From positions 1-33,349 of the IMG/VR virus record IMGVR_UViG_3300028586_000791: DNA of 33,349 bases. One strand, 5' to 3'. How positions within the stretch are numbered: the stretch's first letter is position 1; every line of letters starts with the position of its first letter. Positions 17,557-27,133 of this stretch are shown here, in pieces. The notes beneath the pieces were generated by a model. That model was given only the letters and a program-made list of their open reading frames with translations, ran no database searches and was not told the DNA's origin. The position numbers were made by a program, and so were the translations under genes. This DNA is from a virus (Duplodnaviria > Caudoviricetes).

Positions 17557-18968
17557 TGTCATTCTGAGCGAAGTGCAACGGAGTCGAAGAATCTCTCGAT
17601 ACATTTTATTACACAAAGTTTCACAAAGAAGGCACAAAGGATCACAAAGAGAAGACACAAATTGCACTAATTTTCAAGAAGTCTGTAGCTGTCATTCTGA
17701 GCGAAGTGCAACGGAGTTGAAGAATCTTATCTACACGAGAGATTCTTCCTTCGTCAGAATGACAAACCGCGTGTGTAACTGACTAAGTAAAATTATATCG
17801 CTTCGTTTAGCACGACGTGTCATTCTGAGCGAAGTGCAACGGAGCCGATGAATCAATCTACACAACGGATTCTTCCTTCGTTAGAAATGACAAACCGCTT
17901 GTAAAATCACTCAAAATCAAGTCACTACGCTTTAAGCACGCATGTGTCATTCTGAGCGGGAGTGCAACGGAGTTGAAGAATCTCTTGATACATTTTATTA
18001 CACGAAGTTTCGCCAAGAACGTGCAGAGTCTCACAAAGAGAAGACTCAAATTTGCACTAATTTTCACGAAGTCTGTAGCTGTCATTCTGAGCGAAGTGTA
18101 ACGGAGCCGAAGAATCTCATCTGCACAAGGGATTCTTCCTTCGTTAGAATGACAAACCGCATGTAAAATTTTACTTAGTAAATCAAGTCACTACGCTTTA
18201 AGTACGCACGTGTCATTCTGAGCGGAGTGCAACGGAGTCGAAGAATCTCTCGATACATTTTATTACACGAAGTTTCACAAAGAAAGCACAGAGGGACACA
18301 AAGAGAAGCGAACATTTTGTCATTCTGAGCGAAGTGCAACGGAGCCGAAGAATCTCATCTACACGAGGGATTCTTCCTTTGTCAGAATGACAAATTGCGT
18401 GTGTAACTGACTAAGTAAAATTATATAGTTCGTTTTAGCGCGAACGTGTCATTCTGAGCGGAGTGCAACGGGCTGAGGAATCACATCTACACGAGAGATT
18501 CTTCCTTCGTCAGAATGACAAACCGCATGTAAAATTACTCAGCAAATCAAGTTACTACGCTTTAAGCACGCACGTGTCATTCTGAGCGGAGTGCAACGGA
18601 GTTGAAGAATCTCTTGATACATTTTATTACACGAAGTTTCACAAAGAAAGCACAGAGAGACACAGAGAGAAAGCAAACCTTTTGTCATTCTGAGCGGAGT
18701 GCAACGGAGTCGAAGAATCTCTTACAAAGAGACATAAGGAAAAGACACAAATTGCACGAATTTTCACGAAATCTGTTACAGTCATTTTGAGCGAAGTCCA
18801 ACGGAGTCGAAGAATCTCTTATAAAGGGACATAAAGATAAGACACTAATTGCACTAATTTTCACGAAGTTTTTTCTACACACTATACCCGTTACTGTCAT
18901 TGCGAGCGGAGGAACGAAGCGCGGCAATCTCTTATTTTCATATAGACTGCTTCGTACCTCGCAGTGAC
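17557..18968. repeat. Array of REP-like palindromes (11 TGTCATTCTGAGCG..GAATC units, 5 with inverted partners, plus one GTCATTGCGAG pair)
   Basis: Units at about 17557, 17690, 17818, 17945, 18080, 18211, 18318, 18447, 18575, 18683, 18781; the sequences between units also repeat. Confidence 0.9.
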
Positions 18969-19025
18969 GTTGTGTGAACGCTGCCAGCTTTATGCATTAG
19001 TAAACATACAGCTATTACAATAGTC

Positions 19026-20114
19026 CTAAAAATCAAACTTTAATTGTACAGCAACTGCTTTCTTTATCCCTGCTTCATTATTTAAATTAGACAGCGAAAT
19101 GCCTAAAAGCCGTACCGACTCTTTAGGGCGTTCCTGATACAACAGCTCCTTGGTAGCTTCTAAGATCAGGCTTTTATCTGATATAAAATAAGGAAGCGTT
19201 TTGCTGCGGGTTTGAACCGTAAAATCAGAGTATTTTATTTTAAGTGTTATGGTTTTACCGGCAGTTTTCTTTTTACGCAGGCGGCGGTCCAGTTCGGCGG
19301 CAATATCCTCCAGCTTTTCGAGCATAAAAACCTCCGACACTAAATTTTCATTAAACGTATGCTCTGTACCTACAGATTTTGCTATCCTGTTAGACTTTAC
19401 CTCGCTATTATGGATTCCCCTTACCACATAATAGTAAAAGGCACCAGCTTTGCCAAAATGCTCCGTAAGAAATTCTATCGATCTCTCTTTTAAATCCTTG
19501 CCGGTAAAAATGCCCAGTTGGTACATCTTCTCGGTAGTTACCTTTCCCACGCCATAAAATTTGCCAATGGCAAGGTCTTCCAGAAACGGCAGCACCTCAT
19601 CGGGCGTTACCGTTTTTTGTCCGTTAGGCTTATTAAAGTCGCTGGCAACCTTGGCAATAAATTTATTAATGGATATCCCTGCCGAAGCCGTTAAACCGGT
19701 CTCTTCGAGTATGCGCTGCCTTATTTCTTTGGCAATAATCGTAGCACTGGGATTTCCTTTTTTGTTTGTGGTAACATCAAGATAGGCCTCATCGAGCGAA
19801 AGGGGTTCTACCTTATCGGTAAATTCATGAAAGATGCTGCGTATCTTACCGGATATTTCTGTATAGCGTTCAAAGCGGGGGCGCACAAAAATCAGTTCGG
19901 GGCAGCGTTTGCGGGCGAGGAAACCGCTCATGGCACTGCGAACACCAAATTTTCGGGCTTCATAACTCGCGGCAGCCACCACGCCACGGTCGCCACCACC
20001 GCCCACGGCAAGCGGCTTTCCGCGCAGCTCGGGGTTATCCAGCTGCTCTACAGAGGCATAAAAAGCATCCATATCTACATGGATTATTTTTCGCTGTGGC
20101 GTTATGGGTTCCAT
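19026..20114 (-). CDS. dinB: DNA polymerase IV (Y family)
   Basis: IIHVDMDAFYASVE, ASYEARKFGVRSAM, SLDEAYLD, KPNG, and C-terminal clamp-binding QLKFDF. Confidence 0.97.
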   Translation of the reverse strand: MEPITPQRKIIHVDMDAFYASVEQLDNPELRGKPLAVGGGGDRGVVAAASYEARKFGVRSAMSGFLARKRCPELIFVRPRFERYTEISGKIRSIFHEFTDKVEPLSLDEAYLDVTTNKKGNPSATIIAKEIRQRILEETGLTASAGISINKFIAKVASDFNKPNGQKTVTPDEVLPFLEDLAIGKFYGVGKVTTEKMYQLGIFTGKDLKERSIEFLTEHFGKAGAFYYYVVRGIHNSEVKSNRIAKSVGTEHTFNENLVSEVFMLEKLEDIAAELDRRLRKKKTAGKTITLKIKYSDFTVQTRSKTLPYFISDKSLILEATKELLYQERPKESVRLLGISLSNLNNEAGIKKAVAVQLKFDF

Positions 20115-20218
20115 ACTGCAAAATTAAGGTATTTTGTGCAGTAAAGGTATAGTCAAAATCATGCCGAAATCATTGCATACTCTATCTATCCAACTTTAAA
20201 AAGCGGACTTACGATTAT

Positions 20219-20506
20219 CTAACTATTATAAAAATAGGCGTCCAAATCTCTACTGACTTCCGGCTTATTAGCCTTTATAAATTCATGGTCCTCCTCGCGC
20301 ACAGTACTAAGACGATGCTCACACAACGTTTCCTTTGCTATCATCCTTAAATGCGCCTGTACATACTCGTTGTTACTGTAAGGGTCGGCATTTTTGGTTT
20401 TCACTTTTCGCCTGGCTCTATAGTAACGTACAAGCAGTCCGGTACCTATCAAAAGTATCTGAAGGATCGTTACAATAAGGGTACCGCTGTTAAAAAAATA
20501 CTTCAT
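20219..20506 (-). CDS. Small single-pass membrane protein (paralogue 1)
   Basis: N-terminal TM helix, basic stretch, NEYVQAH..M motif. Confidence 0.6.
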   Translation of the reverse strand: MKYFFNSGTLIVTILQILLIGTGLLVRYYRARRKVKTKNADPYSNNEYVQAHLRMIAKETLCEHRLSTVREEDHEFIKANKPEVSRDLDAYFYNS

Positions 20507-20509
20507 ATA

Positions 20510-20803
20510 TTATTCTTCATTTTCATGCATATCTGTACGGGACACCGACCTTTTATTAAAATAAACTTCGTATCCGTTCATGGCAGCCCACTGCACATAG
20601 GCAGCATAGTCCAGTTCGTTCTGCACTGCAAAAGGTGTTTTTTCGGCCTTTGTGTTCTTTATCTTTTTATCTAACCTGCTGTACGGAATTTGGAGTATAA
20701 ACGACATTACAAAAAACACTAAAAGTCCACCCATAAAGTATTTGCCCTTTTCTTCGCTATTCGCAACCGCGGCACTTAACAATATTATAAATAGCTTATT
20801 CAT
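20510..20803 (-). CDS. Small membrane protein (paralogue 2)
   Basis: ATG at 20803; TM helix; NELDYAAYVQWAA..G.E.YF motif. Confidence 0.6.
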   Translation of the reverse strand: MNKLFIILLSAAVANSEEKGKYFMGGLLVFFVMSFILQIPYSRLDKKIKNTKAEKTPFAVQNELDYAAYVQWAAMNGYEVYFNKRSVSRTDMHENEE

Positions 20804-21059
20804 AGCGTCGGGGTAAATTATTGTCTTTAACCTGTTCCATGAAAGTTTCAAAGTTCCTGCTGAATGTTATGTTAGATGACTCGTTCACCAACATTATAGT
20901 ATGTGCCTGTATATAAAAATTATCCGCTTGCAATTCGTTTTTAGTCTTCTTCTTTCTTATTGTTAAAAGTACTGTAAGGAATTTTATACTCAAAACAGCT
21001 GCCTGGAAAGCCACACAACCTAAAAAAGTATACAGCGCATAAATAAAAAAATTATACAT
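20796..21059 (-). CDS. Small membrane protein (paralogue 3)
   Basis: TM helix, basic stretch, NFYIQAH..M motif. Confidence 0.55.
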   Translation of the reverse strand: MYNFFIYALYTFLGCVAFQAAVLSIKFLTVLLTIRKKKTKNELQADNFYIQAHTIMLVNESSNITFSRNFETFMEQVKDNNLPRRYE

Positions 21060-21069
21060 ATATGTTAAA

Positions 21070-21357
21070 TTAGATTTTCAGGAAATAAGGTTCATGCCCA
21101 CGCTCCGCAGCCCACGCCAGGTAATCGGCATAGTACATCTCGTTAATTATCTCGATGGGAATACCTTTTGGCCTGGCCCTTTCTTCCCGGTATGCCTCCA
21201 GTTTTTTAAATATAGGTGTATATACTTTATTCCAAAAAACGACCGCCATTGTAAAACCAAATATAACGGCTCCCAGAAACACTAAGATCTCGATAATCCG
21301 CGCCGACTGCGCCGCTGTCATTAGTAACGTAGCGTTAAAAGTTATTGCTTGTACCAT
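21070..21357 (-). CDS. Small membrane protein (paralogue 4)
   Basis: TM helix; NEMYYADYLAWAA..G.E.YF motif; TATATTTG -7 element at 21372-21379. Confidence 0.6.
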   Translation of the reverse strand: MVQAITFNATLLMTAAQSARIIEILVFLGAVIFGFTMAVVFWNKVYTPIFKKLEAYREERARPKGIPIEIINEMYYADYLAWAAERGHEPYFLKI

Positions 21358-21525
21358 TTTATAAATTTGTCCAAATATATAAAGTTTTGGTTTACTGCAA
21401 CAACTGCTGTTACTTTTACCTCACCCCTCCCGATAGCTATCGGGACTCTCCAAAGTAGAGGGGAACTCATACCGGCTCACTCAATCTTTAAGTATGAATG
21501 TATCTCGATTGACCGAGTGTAGCTC

Positions 21526-21691
21526 AAGGCCTTAAACTTCGATGCGTTAAGCAAATTTGAAGTTGAGGCGTTAAAAATCATTTGCTGTTTGAAGCGAAGC
21601 AAGTTCAAATGATTTAGCCGAAGCTTAAAATTTGTAGCATAAGAAGTTAAGCCTTGAATTTTTGCTTCTTTTGTTTCAAGACAAAAGAAGA
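21526..21691. repeat. About 165-bp structured dispersed element, copy 1
   Basis: Highly similar to 24319-24483; long hairpin followed by TTCTTTTGT-TTCAAG-ACAAAAGAA stem. Confidence 0.85.
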
Positions 21692-21722
21692 ACGCTACTT
21701 CAAAACCCGATTCTTTAAATGA

Positions 21723-21986
21723 CCTCACCCCTAACCCCTCTCCAAAGGAGAGGGGAACTCATACCGGCTTACTCAAATTCAATCACGAGTGTATCTCATT
21801 CTGAAATCTAAAATCAAAACACTGCAAAACCCGCTTCAGTACTTTGGCCTCACCCCTAACCCCTCTCCGAAGGAGAGGGGAACTCATACCGGCTTACTCT
21901 GATTTAAACCATGAGTGAAACTCAATCTGAAATCTACATTCTGAAATCTGAAATCAAACCACTGCAAAACCCGCTTCAGTACTTTA
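21723..21986. repeat. Tandem duplication (125-139 bp) of a REP plus ACTGCAAAACCCGCTTCAGTACTTT unit
   Basis: Units 21723-21845 and 21848-21985; related partial unit at 21419. Confidence 0.8.
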
Positions 21987-22001
21987 CCAAAATACCCGCC
22001 G

Positions 22002-22009
22002 TACCTTTG
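22002..22009 (+). promoter_or_regulatory. -7 promoter element of the head/lysis operon
   Basis: TACCTTTG about 106 bp upstream of the protease ATG; no TTG at the -33 position. Confidence 0.55.
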
Positions 22010-22115
22010 CATCATCAAAACAAGACACCTTTATAGCTATAAAGCATTCTTTAATTATTGCCTCACTATTTCTGCCCTTCCAATCATTCAATATTTCAAT
22101 ACTTAAATAAAATGA

Positions 22116-23138
22116 ATGACAGGAAACATTTATATCTCCGGCCAGATAGGCACGTTCGACGGTACAACCGGTGTAGCGCTTATAGACGTGGTGAGTCAGG
22201 TAAAAAAGCAGCATGAAGCAACCGCCTTTAACGTGCACATAAACAGCGAGGGCGGACTGGTAGATGTGGGTTTCGACATTTACCAATACCTAAAATCGCT
22301 CAAAAAGCCCATCACTACTATAGGCAGCGGTATTGTAGCCAGCATAGCCACCGTAATTTTCATGGCAGGCGATAAGCGGCAGGTGCGCGAAAATACCCCG
22401 TTTATGATTCACCTTCCGTGGGGCGGGTCTATGGGTACGGCAGACGAGCTGGAGCAATTTGCAGATCAGCTTCGTGCCATCGAGAAAAAGATGGTGGGCT
22501 TTTACACAAAGGCGCTCAACGTGCAGGAACAGGCCATAATGCCGCTGCTTAAAAACGAAACGTGGCTCACGGGCAGGCAGCTTGCCGCCCTGGGCTTTAC
22601 TACCTCGCGGCAGGTTAAGGCCGCAGCCAAAGCTTTCATTAACCCCAACTCTACTATGAGAGGAACATTTACCGACAACGACAGGCACTGGATGGAAGGC
22701 CTGTTTACTAAAGTACTGGGCAAGTTTAAAAGTGCCCACATTTTTAACAAAGTGGTGCAGGACGCTACGGGTGCCGAACTCGATTTTACCGATCTGCCCG
22801 ATGATGCATTAATTGAAGTGGGTGCTACAGCAACGGTAGACGGCTCCCCTGCCGAAGGCGAATACCTGCTGCCCGATGGCTACACGTATGTATTTACAGC
22901 CGGTGAACTTACCGAAATTATCGAACCCGAAGAAGACGCTGAAGCCGCTTCGCTGCGTACTGAAAACAAAGCCCTGAAACGCCAGCTTAACACTATTAAA
23001 AGTGAGGTGCTTGCCCTAAAAAGACAAGTAACGAGCAAGTTTAGTGTAGATAGCAAAAAGGTGGCACAGCGCAGGGCGGGAGAAACCGATAAACTTGCCG
23101 GGATGAAAGAATATTTGAACAAAAACACCCGTAAGTAA
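22116..23138 (+). CDS. Clp-type (S14) prohead protease fused to a scaffold-like C-terminus (340 aa)
   Basis: HINSEGG, VASIAT (Ser), FMIH.P (His), ETWL; C-terminal coiled coil; precedes capsid gene. Confidence 0.88.
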   Translation: MTGNIYISGQIGTFDGTTGVALIDVVSQVKKQHEATAFNVHINSEGGLVDVGFDIYQYLKSLKKPITTIGSGIVASIATVIFMAGDKRQVRENTPFMIHLPWGGSMGTADELEQFADQLRAIEKKMVGFYTKALNVQEQAIMPLLKNETWLTGRQLAALGFTTSRQVKAAAKAFINPNSTMRGTFTDNDRHWMEGLFTKVLGKFKSAHIFNKVVQDATGAELDFTDLPDDALIEVGATATVDGSPAEGEYLLPDGYTYVFTAGELTEIIEPEEDAEAASLRTENKALKRQLNTIKSEVLALKRQVTSKFSVDSKKVAQRRAGETDKLAGMKEYLNKNTRK

Positions 23139-24196
23139 TGAGCGTTATTAATGCAGAAGGATTAACACTACACGCCCGTGAGGCCGAAACGGTAAGCGAG
23201 GTAATTTTTGCAAGGGTTTTTAACGAAAGCGACCTTGCCGAATACCACGAAATAGAAACGGGTATTGATGTAAACACCCAGATTGCTTTCGCCGGAAGGC
23301 TTGGGTTGTTAGGTAAAAAGTCGGCGGGGTGCCAGCCTAACGAAGCGGGTGGTTTTGCACTGACAGAGAAATTCTGGACACCCGTGCTGGAAGATTTCAG
23401 GCTGAGGCATTGCCAGGCAGATATGCCAGCTTTGTTTAAAATGTTCAGGAAATCCCAGCGCATCAACCCCGACTTTTTTGATGCCGTAGGCTCGCAGGAG
23501 TTTGGCGTTATCATATCGGCGGTAGAAACGGCTTTGCAGGAAAACATTCACCGCAAGGTATGGTTTAACGATACGGCGGCTGCCACTACGGCAAACGGTG
23601 GAGTGTTTAAAGTAGGCACCGACCTTGATTACTTCAACTCCTTTAGCGGACTCTTTAAGCAAATCTTTACAGCGGTTACTGCCGGTAAGGTTACCCGTGT
23701 GCCTATAGATGTTAATACCGGTGCAGGCTATAACACACAGGCACTTGCTGCCGATGCTGCTATTGGTATTTTCGAGAAAATGCTTAACACAGCCGATGAA
23801 AGGCTTGTTGCTGCCGATGATGCTTTTATCCTTGCCTCACGCTCCCTGGCTGATAATTACCGTGCCACGCTTCGCAACAAGAACTTAGGTTCGGGCTTTA
23901 TGGAAGTGGTTGAGGGTGGCCGTCCTAAACTGTTATTTGATGGTATAGAAGTTAAAGTGCGCTACGATTGGGACCGTTATATTAAAACATACCAGGACAA
24001 CGGCACTAAATTCAACCTGCCACACAGGGCGGTATTTACTACAAAGAGCAACATTCCGGTAGGTACGTTAAGCGACGCCGACCTTTCTAAACTGGATGTG
24101 TTTTATGACAAGACCCTTAAAACTAATTTTATGGATGCTGCCTATACTATTGATGCCAAATTACTGGAAGAATATATGGTTGTAGCGGCGTATTAA
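23138..24196 (+). CDS. Major capsid protein (352 aa)
   Basis: Size and coupling to the protease gene; WF.D....FSGLFK pattern of Bacteroidota phage capsids. Confidence 0.78.
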   Translation: MSVINAEGLTLHAREAETVSEVIFARVFNESDLAEYHEIETGIDVNTQIAFAGRLGLLGKKSAGCQPNEAGGFALTEKFWTPVLEDFRLRHCQADMPALFKMFRKSQRINPDFFDAVGSQEFGVIISAVETALQENIHRKVWFNDTAAATTANGGVFKVGTDLDYFNSFSGLFKQIFTAVTAGKVTRVPIDVNTGAGYNTQALAADAAIGIFEKMLNTADERLVAADDAFILASRSLADNYRATLRNKNLGSGFMEVVEGGRPKLLFDGIEVKVRYDWDRYIKTYQDNGTKFNLPHRAVFTTKSNIPVGTLSDADLSKLDVFYDKTLKTNFMDAAYTIDAKLLEEYMVVAAY

Positions 24197-24203
24197 AGGG
24201 CGG

Positions 24204-24815
24204 CCTCTCCCCTAACCCCTCTCCAAGGGAGAGGGGAGCCCGGGACGGACGTATCGTGTGTACTGACTTCCTTTTTACAATTATATGTATGTAAGGGTGA
24301 GCATAAATGAGTGAAGCTAAGGCCTTAAACTTCGTTGCGTAAGCAAATTAAAAGTTGAGGCGTTAAAAATCATTTGCTGTCTGAGCGCAGCGAGTTCAAA
24401 TGATTTAGCCAAGGCTTATAATTTGTAGCATAAGAAGTTAGAGCCTTGAACTTTTGCTTCTTTTGTTTCAAGACAAAAGAAGAGGCTAAAAGATAATTGA
24501 GATGTGTTTACACGAGCGGAGAGTAACTAAAATGCCGGGGGATGTTTTTTTATAACCTCACCCCTAACCCCTCTCCGAAGGAGAGGGGAACTCGAGACGG
24601 CTAGTTTAACAGCTTTCGATTTAGAGGGGGAATTTAAAGAATGAAAAGAGATTCCTCAATTTCGCTGCGCTGCATTCGGAATGACATTCAAAGCCGCTAA
24701 CACAGTTGCATTAGATTATGAGTGTAGCTGCTCCCGTCTCCTTCGGAGAGGGGCTGGGGGTGAGGATATAGAAATCGCTTTACGCCTCGCGGTAATCCGC
24801 TAATCCGCGTTCCAA
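24204..24815. repeat. Repeat block between capsid and tail tube genes, including structured element copy 2 (24319-24483)
   Basis: REP copies at 24204, 24556 and inverted 24730-24765; GAATGACA half element about 24649-24688. Confidence 0.85.
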
Positions 24816-24867
24816 ATCAATTCTTCAATAATACTTCCCCAGAGAATTCAAAAAAAATCAAAACAAC

Positions 24868-25485
24868 ATGCCAATAGATTGTACAGGACACTTAACTGCC
24901 GATATTACTTTTAACTGTGCTAATGCGCCAGTGGGCGGCATCGAGCAAAATGTGGTGCTTATTAATAAAGACGATGTAGATCTTACCGCTACAACCGTAA
25001 GTGCCGATAACAGGCTGCAGGTTACGCAAATTCAGCTTAAGCCGGGCAAGACAGGCTACAAACTTACCGGTGTAAAACAAAGCAACGGCAAAGCTTGGGA
25101 GCTGGTTAAAAAAGAAAATGCACCCGATAAGTTTAAACATACCTTTAGCGGGGTGGTCTTTAATCCAAGCCTTGCTAATAAAATTCAGGCAGATAACCTG
25201 AGCAAAGGTGGTAAATATCTTGCCGTTATAGAGCAGGTATGGAAAGGCAGCGGCAACGCCGATGCATTTGAGGTTTTAGGGTACAACTCAGGCCTTGAGC
25301 TTATTACCATGACTAACAGCTCGAAGGAAAATGATAACATGATCATGTTCGAGCTGGCATCTGCCGATGGGTTTGAAGAAACCACCATGCCTAAAACCTA
25401 CTACTTTGCCGACGCTGCAAACGGTACCCCATCTGGCTATGCCGAAAGGAAAACATTATTTGACAACTGCTTTACAGAAGCATAA
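24868..25485 (+). CDS. Putative major tail (tube) protein (205 aa)
   Basis: C.......I...C....GG start and beta-rich body typical of the structural protein following the capsid in Bacteroidota siphoviruses. Confidence 0.6.
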   Translation: MPIDCTGHLTADITFNCANAPVGGIEQNVVLINKDDVDLTATTVSADNRLQVTQIQLKPGKTGYKLTGVKQSNGKAWELVKKENAPDKFKHTFSGVVFNPSLANKIQADNLSKGGKYLAVIEQVWKGSGNADAFEVLGYNSGLELITMTNSSKENDNMIMFELASADGFEETTMPKTYYFADAANGTPSGYAERKTLFDNCFTEA

Positions 25486-25979
25486 TGGATTTTAAAACCA
25501 TGGATATAGCCACCCTTACCCGTAGCGTTACGGGCGGGGGTGTGCTCTACCTGGAGCTGTTCTTAAAAGAATATACCTCCCTTTTTAGCGGGCCGGTTAA
25601 TCCCTCCTGCTCTACCTGCTTAACCACTTACTTAACCAAATATCAAAACCATTTTAAAGATATGGAAAATACATGCTACTACAGGCTTCACGCCAAATAC
25701 GAAAATATACCCCTGCAATTTGGCTCACCTATATTAGTCAACAATGCCAACATTACTAACGAGTATGCCGAGGTACTGTTGCAGCAGCCTAACGGTTTGC
25801 GCTTTTTTGCTAACGTGCCACCGGCACAGGATCCGGCAGATCTGTTTACGGTTACTGTGATAGATTCAGCCCCTACAAACGACGAGCCGATAGCGCCATC
25901 ACCCAACGAAGACGACGATAACAGCGAACTGGAAGGCCACGACGACTTTGATATTTTAGAAACCGGCCAACCTGAATGA
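25485..25979 (+). CDS. Hypothetical phage protein with CxxC and acidic tail (164 aa)
   Basis: Translationally coupled on both sides; NPSCSTCL. Confidence 0.6.
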   Translation: MDFKTMDIATLTRSVTGGGVLYLELFLKEYTSLFSGPVNPSCSTCLTTYLTKYQNHFKDMENTCYYRLHAKYENIPLQFGSPILVNNANITNEYAEVLLQQPNGLRFFANVPPAQDPADLFTVTVIDSAPTNDEPIAPSPNEDDDNSELEGHDDFDILETGQPE

Positions 25980-27133
25980 AAACCCTTTTAATAGACGTGT
26001 GGAAGCGGCTTACACCCTGGAGCAAAAGTGCCGATGTGTATGCCAACGATACCGATAACGCGTACCCGGAGCGTATGGACAGGCTGATAAACAATAGCGT
26101 AACGGCCAAGAGTGCAGCAGCCATTATGGTGCAGTACCTCATCGGGAAAGGGTATGGTACAGATGCCGATAACCTGATCATCAACAAAGAAAAAAACCTG
26201 AAGCTGATTGACTTTGCCGATGATGTTGCCGATGACCTTGTAAAGCAGCGCGGTGTATTCATCCACATTAACTGGAATGCGCTGTACCAGATAGCCGACT
26301 GCAGCGTGGTGCCTTACGAGTGGTGCCGCATAGGCAAAAAAGACAGCAACGACTACGCGGGCAAAGTAGCCATTAGCAAAGAATGGCTAAAGCCGAAGCG
26401 CAGCGAAATAGAACTGGTAGACATTTACAATCCGCGTAAAGCGGTAATAGACGCACAGGTAGAAAAAGCAGGCGGGTGGGAACATTACAAAGGCCAGATA
26501 CTGTTTATAAATATGGACACGAAGCTTATTTATCCGCTTTCGCGCATCGATTCGGTTTCCGAAGATTGCGACAGTGAGGCGCAGGCATCCATCTACAAAA
26601 ACAAGCTGTTACGAAAAGGCTTCTTTGGCAATACGCTGGTGGTTACACGTCCGCTCGTTGGCGAAGGCCTTGAGCCCGGAAGCACTGCTCTGACAGAAGC
26701 AGAAAGTGAACGGGAGCGTTTTCAGCAGGCTATAAAAGACAGCCTTGGCGCACAAAATACAGGTGGTGTGCTGTGTCTTGAAATGGACTTTGCAGGAGAA
26801 AAGCTGGACGACGCCATATTAATAAAGCAGATAGAAAGCAAGATAGACGACAAGCTTTTTAACTATACTGAAACCAGCGTGCGCGAAAATATACTGGTGG
26901 CGTTTAACAACCTTCCGGCAGGGCTTATCAAGACCAATGAGGCATCGCTGTTTGGTAATTCGGGTGAGGCGATACGCGAAATGAAACGCACCTACTGGGA
27001 AAACACAACCAAGGAACGCAGCCTTTTAACGGCTGTCATTAATCAATTATTACAGCGGTCGCAGGACTATGCAAGCCTTATTGTAGAACCCTTAAAACTG
27101 ATAGACGATGCAACCCCTGATAACCCGCAGTGA
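25976..27133 (+). CDS. Portal protein (385 aa)
   Basis: DNAYP......NSVT, IYPL, ENIL.AF..P..L..  patterns; position before adaptor gene. Confidence 0.7.
   Translation: MKTLLIDVWKRLTPWSKSADVYANDTDNAYPERMDRLINNSVTAKSAAAIMVQYLIGKGYGTDADNLIINKEKNLKLIDFADDVADDLVKQRGVFIHINWNALYQIADCSVVPYEWCRIGKKDSNDYAGKVAISKEWLKPKRSEIELVDIYNPRKAVIDAQVEKAGGWEHYKGQILFINMDTKLIYPLSRIDSVSEDCDSEAQASIYKNKLLRKGFFGNTLVVTRPLVGEGLEPGSTALTEAESERERFQQAIKDSLGAQNTGGVLCLEMDFAGEKLDDAILIKQIESKIDDKLFNYTETSVRENILVAFNNLPAGLIKTNEASLFGNSGEAIREMKRTYWENTTKERSLLTAVINQLLQRSQDYASLIVEPLKLIDDATPDNPQ

Noticed and set aside
17557-18818. CRISPR array
   Set aside because: The sequences between units are 60-100 bp, repeat among themselves and contain inverted partners; no cas genes in the window
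17573-18927. Several short ORFs containing CHSERS
   Set aside because: Read-through of the REP array
21477-21728. 83-aa ORF
   Set aside because: Overlies the 165-bp dispersed element; no independent coding evidence
22116-23138. Host clpP
   Set aside because: Has a long scaffold-like extension and is coupled to the capsid gene, so it is a phage prohead protease
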